A stretch of DNA of 64,000 nucleotides from an uncultured Desulfarculus sp. (GTDB lineage Bacteria > Desulfobacterota > Desulfarculia > Desulfarculales > Desulfarculaceae), in the NCBI GenBank assembly GCA_963665125.2, contig CAXXUK010000002.1, positions 1,152,001 to 1,216,000 of the forward strand. Reading direction: 5' to 3'. Below the pieces are notes generated by a model that was given only the letters and a program-made list of their open reading frames with translations, searched no databases and was not told where the DNA came from. Below are positions 1 through 10,439 of this stretch, piece after piece (position 1 is the first letter of the stretch; the number at the start of each line of letters is the position of its first letter). The translations under genes were made by a program, and so were the position numbers.

Positions 1-1321
1 TGCTGAAAATAACTGGTTTCGCATAACCAGGCAGAGTGTTGTCGATCAATAATCTCCAGCGAGTGGCCGTCCGTGCATACTACTATTTTGATGGACACAT
101 CGCTAGGTAAAAATTCTCTAGATATGTTTGGTTAATCCTTCGGTCAAACTTTTTACCTCAATCGATCTTTACTTAATTAGATGCCGTTGCACGTCAGCGG
201 TGGTCCCCGGGAATCGGGCAGTTGTGATAGGCTGATTTGGTCTTGAAACAATTGGAGGAATCGATGGGCAGGCGTAAGAGCTACAGCGCCTCCTTCAATT
301 CCAAGGTGGCCCTGGAGGCCATCCAGGGGGACATGACCATAGGCGAGTTGGTGACAAAGTACAGACTCAATCCCAATATGATCACCAGATGGAAAAAGCA
401 GGCCATTGAGGGCATGGAGGACATCTTTTCCCGTGGCGGCCATACTGCTCACGAGGCTTCGGATCAGGCCCGGATCAAGGGAGCTTTCCGCCAATATCGG
501 GGAGTTAACGGTTGAAAGGGCTTTTTTAGCCAAAGCCTTCGGTCACTGAGTCACGGCCGGAGGATGGACATGATTGAGCCCAATCACCGCAAGCTCAGCA
601 TCACGCGCCAATGCTCCCCGGCCCGTGTCGGCCGCTCGTCGTTTTATTACGGGGGCAAAGGCGAGGCAGCCCTGAATTTGAAGCTGAGGCGCCTGATGGA
701 CGAGCAATGGCTGCGCACGCCCTTTTTCGGCAGTCCCGCCATCTACGAGGGGAAGGCTCCAGCGTGGGCAGGAAAAGGGTGCGCCGTTTAATGCGCAAGA
801 TGGGCATTGCCGCCATATACCCAAGCCAAGGACCAGCAAGCCTCATCCAGCCAGCCCGGTCCATCCCCACCTGCTCAAAGGTATGGTTATCGGCCGGTCC
901 AACCATGTGTGGTGTGCCGACATTACCCACATTCCGATGAGCACTGGCTTCATGTACCTGGTGGCGGTGCTGGATTGGCACTCGCGCCGGGTGCTGTCCT
1001 GGCGGGTGTCAAACACCCTGGAGGCCGGTTTCCGGGTGGCCGCTCTGGAAGGTGCAATTTCGGAGTACGGCTCGCCAGCCATCTTCAACGCCGCGACCAA
1101 GAGCCAACTTACTTCCTTGGCCTTCACCGGCCTGCTAAAGGACAATGGCGTCAGGATTTCCCTGGATGGCCGGGATGCCTGGATGGATAACGTATTCATC
1201 GAGCGGTATGGTGGCCGCTCAAGTACGAATGCATCTATATCAATGAATTTGAGGACGGCAAGACCCTGAAAAAGGGGCTGGGAGCCTGGATCGATTTTTA
1301 CAACACCCGGCGGGGCCATTC

Positions 1322-2606
1322 AGAGGTGGACCCCAAAAATCGGACAATAGTGTAAGGTGGTATGAATGAGTCCGATGGAGGGACACCAGCTATGAGCAAG
1401 ACCAAACGCAGGCGCTTTTCGGCCGAATTCAAGGCCACGGTAGCGCTGGAGGCATTGAAGGGCGAGCAGACTCTTTCCGAGCTGGCAGCACGGTTTGACA
1501 TCCACCCCAATATGATTGCGCAGTGGAAGCGCCAGGCCACCGAAGGCCTGACAGAAGTTTTCTCCAGCAAGGGTGCGAAGCAGCAAGAGGCCGGAGAATC
1601 CCAGATCAAGGAGCTTCATGCAAAGATTGGGCAGTTGACCATTGAACGGGATTTTTTGGCCAAGGCCTCCGGTCGCTGAGCTTTGATCGGAGGAAAGCGA
1701 TGGTGAAGGCAAGCAGGCCCAAGGGATTGAGCATTGTCCGCCAATGTGAGCTCCTGGGAATCAGCCGCTCATCGTTTTATTACGAAGCCACGGGCGAAAA
1801 CCCGCTGAATATTGAGCTGATGCGCAAGATGGATGAGCAGTTTCTGGAAACGCCCTGGTACGGCTCTCGTCAGATGGTCCGCTGGCTCCGGCGTGAGGGG
1901 CATCGCGTGGGCAGGAAGCGGGTGGTGCGGCTGATGCGCAAGATGGGGCTTAGCCCCGTCTACCAGAAGCCCGGGACATCCAAGCCCCAGCCGGGACACA
2001 AGGTTTACCCCTATTTACTGCGCGGGGTGGAGATAAGCGAACCCGGCCACATCTGGTGCGCCGATATCACTTATATCCCGATGAGGCGTGGTTTTCTCTA
2101 CCTGGTGGCGATCATGGACTGGGCCAGCCGCAAGGTGCTGAGCTGGCGACTGTCCAACACCTTGGATGCTGATTTTTGCGTGGCCGCCTTGAGTGATGCC
2201 CTGCGAAGGTTTCCCAACCCCCTGATTTTCAATACCGATCAGGGGAGCCAATTCACAAGCTTTGGCTTTACCCAGGTGCTCAAGGATGCTGATATCAAAA
2301 TTTCCATGGATGGCAAAGGCCGCTGGATGGACAATGTCATGATCGAACGCCTGTGGCGCTCTCTCAAATATGAATGTGTCTATCTGCATGCCTTTGAGAC
2401 GGGAAGCGAGGCCAGGAAGGGAATCGGCTCCTGGATCGATTACTATAACCAACGGCGACCCCACTCCAGCCTGGATGGCAAAACGCCGGACGAGGCATAC
2501 TGGGGCCGACCCACGACGGGATTGACCGAAGCGGCGGCATGACAACAACAAATACCATCCACCTTAACTACGCCGCCAAATTGTCTAACGATTGGGGGCC
2601 ACCTCT
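1322..2606 (+). mobile_element. IS3-family insertion sequence ('IS-A' copy 1), 1285 bp, apparently intact
   Basis: Imperfect terminal inverted repeats AGAGGTGGACCCCAAAAATCGGACAAT / ATTGTCTAACGATTGGGGGCCACCTCT; 3-bp target duplication TTC (1319-1321 and 2607-2609); orfA plus DDE orfB. Confidence 0.95.
1392..2542 (+). CDS. IS3-family transposase OrfA (1392-1679) / OrfB (to 2542), probably fused by -1 frameshift
   Basis: OrfA is an HTH protein (FKATVALEALKGEQTLSELAARF). OrfB has D-D-E motifs WCADITY, NTDQGSQF, DNVMIERLWRSLKYE. OrfB lies in the -1 frame and is open from a T6 run at 1652-1657. Confidence 0.9.
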
Positions 2607-2901
2607 TTCCTCGTTGGATAACCGCACCCCAATCAAGCCGCGAAACTGTCCAGCAATTGCGGAACACCGCTCTTTTGCATGTACCGTTTTCCGGTCGGCA
2701 CACTAAAAATTAAGAGAAAGATACAAACATTTTTGATGGACATGCGCCAGAAGTAATAATATAAATAGTCAAAACTACCATAAGGGCGTGTTTGATTTTT
2801 CTATTTAAAAAGTCTCGTGCGCATTTTCAAACCGCTGTAGTGCTTACTCCGAAGCAACAATAGCCAAATGGATAGGTCACATTACACTTTGATCATAGGG
2901 G

Positions 2902-3996
2902 TTGTCTGTGCAGTTTATCGATCTTAAAAAGCAATATGAGCAAATAGCCGAAAAAGTTAATGCAAGGATTCAGGAGGTACTGGAGGGCGGCCGTTTCATC
3001 ATGGGGCCGCAAATTGGCCAACTGGAGCAAAACCTTTGCACCTTCACCGGATCGGAACACTCCATAACCTGCTCAAGTGGAACAGACGCGCTGCTGCTTG
3101 CCATGATGGCACTTGGGGTAAAGGCCGGCGACGAAGTAATTACCACTCCGTTTACGTTTATCGCTACCGGCGAAATGATTGCCATTTTAGGCGCCAAGCC
3201 GGTTTTTGTTGATATTCAAGCAGACACCTACAACATTGACCCTGATGAGGTGGAAAAAGCCATCACCCCCCAAACCAAGGCGATCATTCCGGTTAGCCTC
3301 TATGGCCAGCCAGCGGACATGGACGCCATAAACCAAATCGCAGAATCGGCTGGCCTGCCGGTTATAGAGGATGGCGCCCAAAGCTTCGGTTCTACCTATA
3401 AGAACCTGAAATCGTGCAATCTATCCACCATCGGTTGCACCAGCTTTTTCCCAGCCAAGCCGCTGGGCTGCTATGGCGACGGTGGTGCTTGTTTCACCAA
3501 TGACCAGAGTCTGGCCGAAAAAATGAGGCATCTTCGTGCCCATGGCCAGGACCGCCGCTATCATCACCCCATAATTGGCCTAAACGCCAGAATGGACACC
3601 TTGCAAGCGGCCATCCTGCTGGAAAAACTGGCCGTGTTCCCGGACGAGGTCAAGTCCCGAGGCGAAATCGGCGCCCGCTACACCGAGCTGTTCGGCAGCA
3701 AGGTGAAGACCCCGGTCATCCCAGATGGTTCCACCCATGTTTATGCGCAATACACCATTGAGGTTGAAAACCGGGCTGCGGTGCAGGAGGCCCTCAAAGA
3801 GCAGGACATTCCCACGGCAGTGCATTATCCAATCCCACTCCACTTGCAGCCGGCCTTCTCGTTCTTAGGTCTGGGCAAAGGTTCATTCCCCGTAGCCGAG
3901 GCAGCATCGGAAAAGGTGATGAGTCTGCCAATGCATCCGTATCTGAGCCATTCAGATCAGGACAAAATAGTCGAAGCAGTACTTAACGCCGCATAA
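2902..3996 (+). CDS. DegT/DnrJ/EryC1/StrS PLP-dependent sugar aminotransferase (WbpE-like)
   Basis: Motifs SSGTDAL, IEDGAQSFG, TSFFPAKPLGCYGDGG; adjacent to wbpA/B/D-like genes. Confidence 0.9.
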   Translation: MSVQFIDLKKQYEQIAEKVNARIQEVLEGGRFIMGPQIGQLEQNLCTFTGSEHSITCSSGTDALLLAMMALGVKAGDEVITTPFTFIATGEMIAILGAKPVFVDIQADTYNIDPDEVEKAITPQTKAIIPVSLYGQPADMDAINQIAESAGLPVIEDGAQSFGSTYKNLKSCNLSTIGCTSFFPAKPLGCYGDGGACFTNDQSLAEKMRHLRAHGQDRRYHHPIIGLNARMDTLQAAILLEKLAVFPDEVKSRGEIGARYTELFGSKVKTPVIPDGSTHVYAQYTIEVENRAAVQEALKEQDIPTAVHYPIPLHLQPAFSFLGLGKGSFPVAEAASEKVMSLPMHPYLSHSDQDKIVEAVLNAA

Positions 3997-4012
3997 CAGT
4001 TAGGGCTTTATC

Positions 4013-5335
4013 GTGAATTACAAATCAGAAATCATCGGAAAAATTAAAAACAAGACTGCTCTTGTCGGGGTTATCGGTATGGGCTATGTAGGCCTGCCCA
4101 TTGCCCTGCGTTTTGCAGAAGTTGGTATAAGCGCCTTGGGGCTGGACATCGACCCCAAAAAAATCGAATCTATCAATGCAGGCCAGAGCTACATAGAGCA
4201 TATACCCAGTTCTGTTATTGCCGAAAGAATCAACCAGGGCCTTTTCAGCGCTACGGATGATTTTAGCCGCATGACTCAATGTGACGCCCTGATAATAGCG
4301 GTGCCCACCCCCCTTACCGACAAAATGGAGCCGGACTTGTCCTATGTGGAGTCTACGGCCGATACCATTGCCCAATATTTGAGGGCCGGTCAGGCGGTAA
4401 GCCTGGAATCCACAACCTATCCGGGGACTACCAGGGAACATCTTCTGACCCGGTTTACCAAAAACGGCCTGACGCCCGGTGATGATTTCTTTTTGATCTA
4501 CAGCCCCGAAAGGGAAGACCCCGGCAACAAGGATTTCTCCATACGTCAAATTCCTAAAGTTGTGGGCGGTATATCCGAAGACTGCCGCCAGGTGGGCGAG
4601 GCCCTCTACGGCTCAATCGTGGACAGGGTGGTTCTGGTCAGCTCTCCCGAAACAGCAGAAATGACCAAGCTGTTTGAAAACATCTTCCGTAGCGTAAACA
4701 TCGCCTTGGTCAACGAGTTAAAGATGCTGGCAGACCGCATGGGGATCAACGTGTGGGAGGTGATAAACGCCAGCGCCACCAAACCGTTCGGCTTCATGCC
4801 CTTTTTTCCAGGGCCAGGATTGGGCGGGCATTGCATACCCATTGATCCGTACTATTTGAGCTGGAAGGCCAAGGAGTATGATTTTACCACCAGGTTCATC
4901 GAATTGGCTGGCGAGATCAACACGGGCATGCCCTACTGGGTGGTCCAGAAGACCGCCGAGTTGATGAACGGGTGTAAAAAATGCCTTAATGGTTCCAAGA
5001 TCATGTTGATTGGGGTGGCCTACAAAAAGAATGTGGACGACATGAGGGAGTCGCCAGCCCTTCGCATCATTGAATTATTCCAGAAATCGGGTGTGGAAAT
5101 CTGTTACCACGACCCCCACATACCCACCCTGCCGCCGTCGAGAAACTATGCCTTTGATATGAGTTCAGTGGAGCTTACTCCCGAAGAAATATCCAAGTGC
5201 GATGCTGTGGTAATCATCACAGATCATGACAGGGTCGATTACCGTATTTTGGCTGAGCACGCACAGCTTGTGGTGGATACCAGAAACGCCATGTCTGGCA
5301 AGGCAATATACGGCCCGAATATCAATAACGCCTGA
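4013..5335 (+). CDS. UDP-N-acetylglucosamine 6-dehydrogenase (WbpA-like nucleotide sugar dehydrogenase)
   Basis: GMGYVG Rossmann motif, ESTTYPGTT, SPEREDPGN, catalytic GGHCIPIDP. Confidence 0.92.
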   Translation: MNYKSEIIGKIKNKTALVGVIGMGYVGLPIALRFAEVGISALGLDIDPKKIESINAGQSYIEHIPSSVIAERINQGLFSATDDFSRMTQCDALIIAVPTPLTDKMEPDLSYVESTADTIAQYLRAGQAVSLESTTYPGTTREHLLTRFTKNGLTPGDDFFLIYSPEREDPGNKDFSIRQIPKVVGGISEDCRQVGEALYGSIVDRVVLVSSPETAEMTKLFENIFRSVNIALVNELKMLADRMGINVWEVINASATKPFGFMPFFPGPGLGGHCIPIDPYYLSWKAKEYDFTTRFIELAGEINTGMPYWVVQKTAELMNGCKKCLNGSKIMLIGVAYKKNVDDMRESPALRIIELFQKSGVEICYHDPHIPTLPPSRNYAFDMSSVELTPEEISKCDAVVIITDHDRVDYRILAEHAQLVVDTRNAMSGKAIYGPNINNA

Positions 5336-5365
5336 TTACAGGCAAAATCAATATACAGGTATACA

Positions 5366-6946
5366 ATGTCAAATAACGTTCAAGTTGCGGTTATCGGTGC
5401 GGGTTACTGGGGAAAAAACCTTATAAGGAACTTCAATGCCTTGGGGGCTTTAAAGGCTATTTGTGAAAGCAACCCTGATACGCTGAAGTCTTTCAAGGAA
5501 CAATATCCCGACGCAGAGGGTGTTGGCGCCCTTGATCAAGTGCTTTCAGATCAAAGTATTGATGCATTGTGCGTTTCCACCCCCGCTGAAACCCACTACG
5601 ATGTTGTCCGCCAGGCCCTTTTGGCTGGTAAGCATGTATATGTGGAAAAGCCCTTGTGTCTGGACCCTGCCGAAGGCCAAGAGCTTGTTAAACTAGCCCG
5701 GGAGAAAAAACTAGTTCTCATGGTGGGGCATTTACTGCATTACCATCCTGTGGTTATCAAACTCAAGAAAATGCTCAACGACGGTGTTTTAGGCCAGCTG
5801 CAATACATTTATTCCAACCGGTTAAACTTGGGCAAAATTCGCACGGAAGAGAACATCCTGTGGTCCTTTGCACCTCATGATATATCTCTAATATTGTCTT
5901 TTACCGGCCAGTTCCCCGAAAGCGTTACCGCTTTGGGGTCGCATTTTATCAATAAAAATATCGCCGACGTAACGGTTAGCACTTTCACTTTCCCGTCCGG
6001 CGCTTCTGCTCATATTTTCGTGTCGTGGCTGCATCCTTTCAAAGAGCAAAAACTTGTGTTGGTTGGCGACCATGGAATGATCGTGTTCAACGACACCGAG
6101 CCAGAGGACAAGCTCCTTCTCTATCCCCATTCCATCACCTGGAAAAACGGTATGCCGGTGCCGGATAAGAAGGAGGCGATCAAAGTTGAGTACGACAAGA
6201 CTGAGCCGTTGCGCGAAGAATGCGCCCACTTCCTTGATTGCGTGGCCACGGAAACTAATCCGATTACCGACGGCAGCGAAGGGCTGAAGGTTTTACAGGT
6301 ATTGGCGGCTTGCCAGCAGTCCATGGAAAACAATGGCGCAATGGTCAAGCTTTCACCTCAGCCGGAAAAGGCCTTTGAGTACATGCTGCATCCAAGTGCT
6401 GTGGTCGATGAGGGTTCTGAAATTGGTCGCGGCACCAAAATATGGCATTTTTCCCATATCCTGCCCAAGACAGTGATAGGCGTAAATTGCAACATAGGTC
6501 AAAATGTGGTCATCGGCCCGGAAGTTACGGTTGGCAATGGTTGCAAAATTCAAAACAACGTTTCGGTTTATAAAGGTGTAACCCTGGAAGACCATGTATT
6601 TTGCGGTCCTTCAATGGTGTTTACCAATGTGTTTAATCCTCGTTCAGAAGTAAGCCGGATGGATGAGGTGCGCCCCACGCTGGTCAAAAAGGGGGCAAGC
6701 ATCGGCGCCAACGCTACTGTTGTATGCGGCCATTCTTTGGGTGCGTATTGCTTTATCGGTGCTGGAGCCGTGGTAACGCATGACGTTCCTGATCATGCAC
6801 TCATGGTCGGTAACCCGGCCCGCTTAACGGGCTACGTCTGCCAATGCGGCGAAAAGCTCCAAGGTGCGGTCGCCACAGGTTATAAATGCTCTAGTTGCGG
6901 TAAAACATACAAAGTAACTGACAATGCCGGGCTATTTGAAATATAG
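5366..6946 (+). CDS. Fused Gfo/Idh/MocA oxidoreductase (WbpB-like) and hexapeptide N-acetyltransferase (WbpD-like)
   Basis: N-terminal GAGYWG, VEKP, WSFAPHD; C-terminal left-handed beta-helix repeats (IWHFSHI, CNIGQNV, FCGPSMVFTNV) and a CQC...CSSC tail, all in one 526-aa ORF. Confidence 0.88.
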   Translation: MSNNVQVAVIGAGYWGKNLIRNFNALGALKAICESNPDTLKSFKEQYPDAEGVGALDQVLSDQSIDALCVSTPAETHYDVVRQALLAGKHVYVEKPLCLDPAEGQELVKLAREKKLVLMVGHLLHYHPVVIKLKKMLNDGVLGQLQYIYSNRLNLGKIRTEENILWSFAPHDISLILSFTGQFPESVTALGSHFINKNIADVTVSTFTFPSGASAHIFVSWLHPFKEQKLVLVGDHGMIVFNDTEPEDKLLLYPHSITWKNGMPVPDKKEAIKVEYDKTEPLREECAHFLDCVATETNPITDGSEGLKVLQVLAACQQSMENNGAMVKLSPQPEKAFEYMLHPSAVVDEGSEIGRGTKIWHFSHILPKTVIGVNCNIGQNVVIGPEVTVGNGCKIQNNVSVYKGVTLEDHVFCGPSMVFTNVFNPRSEVSRMDEVRPTLVKKGASIGANATVVCGHSLGAYCFIGAGAVVTHDVPDHALMVGNPARLTGYVCQCGEKLQGAVATGYKCSSCGKTYKVTDNAGLFEI

Positions 6947-7069
6947 CCTGATCCGTCATGATCCAACAAAATTTGGCGAGTACAGGGTTAAGCGATGTGA
7001 TGAGTGTGGCTTTTCCCCGGTTTTAGGACAAGGGTCTGGGAAAAAAACGAACCACTAAGCTGAGGAAAG

Positions 7070-8090
7070 CCCATAGGTTATATTGCATAGTCATTCACAA
7101 AAAGACTACGACATTTTACGCAGTCGACGCAGAAGGCCATGTGTGCAAACGAGGCCCGTTTGAAAGCATTGCGGCCAATTCTTTTTAAACGGTAGGCCAT
7201 TGGTCAAATCAGGATATGCGGGTTGCCCTGGAAACCTGTGGGATGACTTGGTGGGTGGTTGACGTGCTGCGCTAGGCGGGGAAATATCCTATAGTTGTAG
7301 CTACCTGCCAATTCAAGATGATTGCTCTCCGCAAGAAAATAAGTAATCGCCATTATGCCCGTGCACTTGCCGAAAATCTGCATGAGGGTTTGGCTCAAAA
7401 AACACTGCGTATGTACCAGAGTAAAAGACACGCCGAGCCAGGGCGTTGATGCAGACCAGGACCACACTTTAAAGCGACATACATGAGCAAAAGCATGGCG
7501 AAGGCAATGCTGCGTTCGGTTGGTGTTGAGATAAAAAAGAGTCAGCGGCCCAAAGAGAAACATTGGGAAACAGTCCTGGACAATCCGGCAGCTCCCTTGT
7601 GGATAAAACCGCTTTTGGTAACACATCACGGCAGCTGGCAGCACCTCACAACCAAAGTCAAGACACTGGTGCCATGATCAATCAGGAGTTGAGCGATTGG
7701 CCGGAAGCAGAGCTGCTATGTTGCAATGCGGCCCCATTGTCACCATGGGTAATCTGAGCGGAATAGGGGATGAGAAGCGGTTATAACGTGCACATCAAAT
7801 GGCCAGTTGTGCTGGCATCTTTCCGCGACAGCCGTTCCTTACAGCGCCGGGGAGGGATAACAAAGCAGGGCCGCAGCTTGATCGCCACTTTTCAGTCCAG
7901 GCGGCCTAGCGGCACTGCGAAGTAAACGTCTCACGCCGCCCCTTTGGGCAACTGAACTAAAAGCTGATCGTCAAACGGGGCTGGAAGGTTGCGGCGGTAA
8001 CTCTGATCAGAACGCTGTCAGATTTAGCGTTCAATTTTTAAGAACCGGTGAAGTTTTGAAGCCGGCATATCTTGCTGTGGTTTGAGAAAG
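7070..8090 (+). pseudogene. Degraded IS110-family transposase (approximate limits)
   Basis: Fragmented translation resembles IS110 motifs: YIA..IHKKTTTFYAVDAEG, VALETCG, a KSDxxDA-like segment, KQG...VQAA, ...ILRTGEV. Many stops and frameshifts. Confidence 0.65.
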
Positions 8091-8852
8091 AGCGGTGGTC
8101 CCCGGGAATCGGGCAGTTGTGATAGGCTGATTTGGTCTTGAAACAATTGGAGGAATCGATGGGCAGGCGTAAGAGCTACAGCGCCTCCTTCAATTCCAAG
8201 GTGGCCCTGGAGGCCATCCAGGGGGACATGACCATAGGCGAGTTGGTGACAAAGTACAGACTCAATCCCAATATGATCACCAGATGGAAAAAGCAGGCCA
8301 TTGAGGGCATGGAGGACATCTTTTCCCGTGGCGGCCATACTGCTCACGAGGCTTCGGATCAGGCCCGGATCAAGGGAGCTTTCCGCCAATATCGGGGAGT
8401 TAACGGTTGAAAGGGCTTTTTTAGCCAAAGCCTTCGGTCACTGAGTCACGGCCGGAGGATGGACATGATTGAGCCCAATCACCGCAAGCTCAGCATCACG
8501 CGCCAATGCTCCCCGGCCCGTGTCGGCCGCTCGTCGTTTTATTACGGGGGCAAAGGCGAGGCAGCCCTGAATTTGAAGCTGAGGCGCCTGATGGACGAGC
8601 AATGGCTGCGCACGCCCTTTTTCGGCAGTCCCGCCATCTACGAGGGGAAGGCTCCAGCGTGGGCAGGAAAAGGGTGCGCCGTTTAATGCGCAAGATGGGC
8701 ATTGCCGCCATATACCCAAGCCAAGGACCAGCAAGCCCCATCCAGCCAGTCCGGTCTATCCCCACCTGCTCAAAGGTATGGTTATCGGCCGGCCCAACCA
8801 TGTGTGGTGTACCGACATCACCTAAACTGACCAGCAATTGCGGACCACCGCT
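8091..8852 (+). mobile_element. Internally deleted IS3-family element ('IS-B' copy 2), 762 bp
   Basis: Same left end and same broken ORFs as 196-925, then jumps directly to the right end ACTGACCAGCAATTGCGGACCACCGCT. Confidence 0.85.
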
Positions 8853-8855
8853 GGG

Positions 8856-10140
8856 AGAGGTGGACCCCAAAAATCGGACAATAGTGTAAGGTGGTATGGA
8901 TGAGTCCGATGGAGGGACACCAGCTATGAGCAAGACCAAACGCAGGCGCTTTTCGGCCGAATTCAAGGCCACGGTAGCGCTGGAGGCATTGAAGGGCGAG
9001 CAGACTCTTTCCGAGCTGGCAGCACGGTTTGACATCCACCCCAATATGATTGCGCAGTGGAAGCGCCAGGCCACCGAAGGCCTGACAGAAGTTTTCTCCA
9101 GCAAGGGTGCGAAGCAGCAAGAGGCCGGAGAATCCCAGATCAAAGAGCTTCATGCAAAGATTGGGCAGTTGACCATTGAACGGGATTTTTTGGCCAAGGC
9201 CTCCGGTCGCTGAGCTTTGATCGGAGGAAAGCGATGGTGAAGGCAAGCAGGCCCAAGGGATTGAGCATTGTCCGCCAATGTGAGCTCCTGGGAATCAGCC
9301 GCTCATCGTTTTATTACGAAGCCACGGGCGAAAACCCGCTGAATATTGAGCTGATGCGCAAGATGGATGAGCAGTTTCTGGAAACGCCCTGGTACGGCTC
9401 TCGTCAGATGGTCCGCTGGCTCCGGCGTGAGGGGCATCGCGTGGGCAGGAAGCGGGTGGTGCGGCTGATGCGCAAGATGGGGCTTAGCCCCGTCTACCAG
9501 AAGCCCGGGACATCCAAGCCCCAGCCGGGGCACAAGGTTTACCCCTATTTACTGCGCGGGGTGGAGATAAGCGAACCCGGCCACATCTGGTGCGCCGATA
9601 TCACTTATATCCCGATGAGGCGTGGTTTTCTCTACCTGGTGGCGATCATGGACTGGGCCAGCCGCAAGGTGCTGAGCTGGCGACTGTCCAACACCTTGGA
9701 TGCTGATTTTTGCGTGGCCGCCTTGAGTGATGCCCTGCGAAGGTTTCCCAACCCCCTGATTTTCAATACCGATCAGGGGAGCTAATTCCCAAGCTTTGGT
9801 TTTACCCAGGTGCTCAAGGATGCTGAGATCAAAATTTCCATGGATGGCAAAGGCCGCTGGATGGACAATGTCATGATCGAACGCCTGTGGCGCTCTCTCA
9901 AATATGAATGTGTCTATCTGCATGCCTTTGAGACGGGAAGCGAGGCCAGGAAGGGAATCGGCTCCTGGATCGATTACTATAACCAACGGCGACCCCACTC
10001 CAGCCTGGATGGCAAAACGCCGGACGAGGCATACTGGGGCCGACCCACGACGGGATTGACCGAAGCGGCGGCATGACAACAACAAATACCATCCACCTTA
10101 ACTACGCCGCCAAACTGTCTAACGATTGGGGGCCACCTCT
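8856..10140 (+). mobile_element. IS-A copy 2 (1285 bp), orfB inactivated by a nonsense codon
   Basis: Near-identical to 1322-2606; CAA changed to TAA at 9783-9785; flanks GGG and CTC do not match, so no target duplication. Confidence 0.95.
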
Positions 10141-10411
10141 CTCAGCTCTGGGGTACATGAACCCGGCTCAATATGAGATGATCAATATGGCTGCTTAACT
10201 ACGTGTCCACAAAAATTGGGGAAGATCAGTGGAAACGATCCCCGATGAAGATTTCGCTACCCGCCAGAAAATGCGTAGGGCAGTATTCGAGTATATCGAG
10301 GTTGATTGAAACCGTAACAGGAGTCACAGTGCCAACGGGCACATCAGCTCACCGGCCTTTGGAAACACAACTGTCGCTTAACCATATGTCGGTCTTTGAT
10401 GGGTTAGATCG
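10141..10411 (+). mobile_element. Two abutting 3'-end fragments of canonical (CA-ended) IS3-family elements
   Basis: 10141-10228 encodes SALGYMNPAQYEMINMAA* followed by GTGTCCACAAAAATTGGGGAAGATCA. 10229-10411 encodes RRAVFEYIEVD*NRNRSHSANG followed by TGTCGGTCTTTGATGGGTTAGATC. Confidence 0.75.
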
Positions 10412-10439
10412 CTGAGCTATGGTGTTGGAAGGGAGAAAA

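Larger units (their letters stand above)
196..2671 (+). mobile_element. Decayed IS3-family element ('IS-B' copy 1), interrupted by IS-A copy 1
   Basis: Left end AGCGGTGGTCCCCGGGAATCGGGCAGTT at 196; right end AACTGTCCAGCAATTGCGGAACACCGCT ending at 2671. Frameshifted orfA (FNSKVALEA) and orfB pieces (WCADITHIP, YLVAVLDWHSR, WMDNVFIER). The GHSSLDNRTP coding segment is split by the inserted IS. Confidence 0.85.

Noticed and set aside
1..98. Possible minus-strand gene start (GTG at 98; SIKIVVCTDGHSLEII...)
   Set aside because: Only 32 codons are visible and no motif is recognisable, so it cannot be supported.
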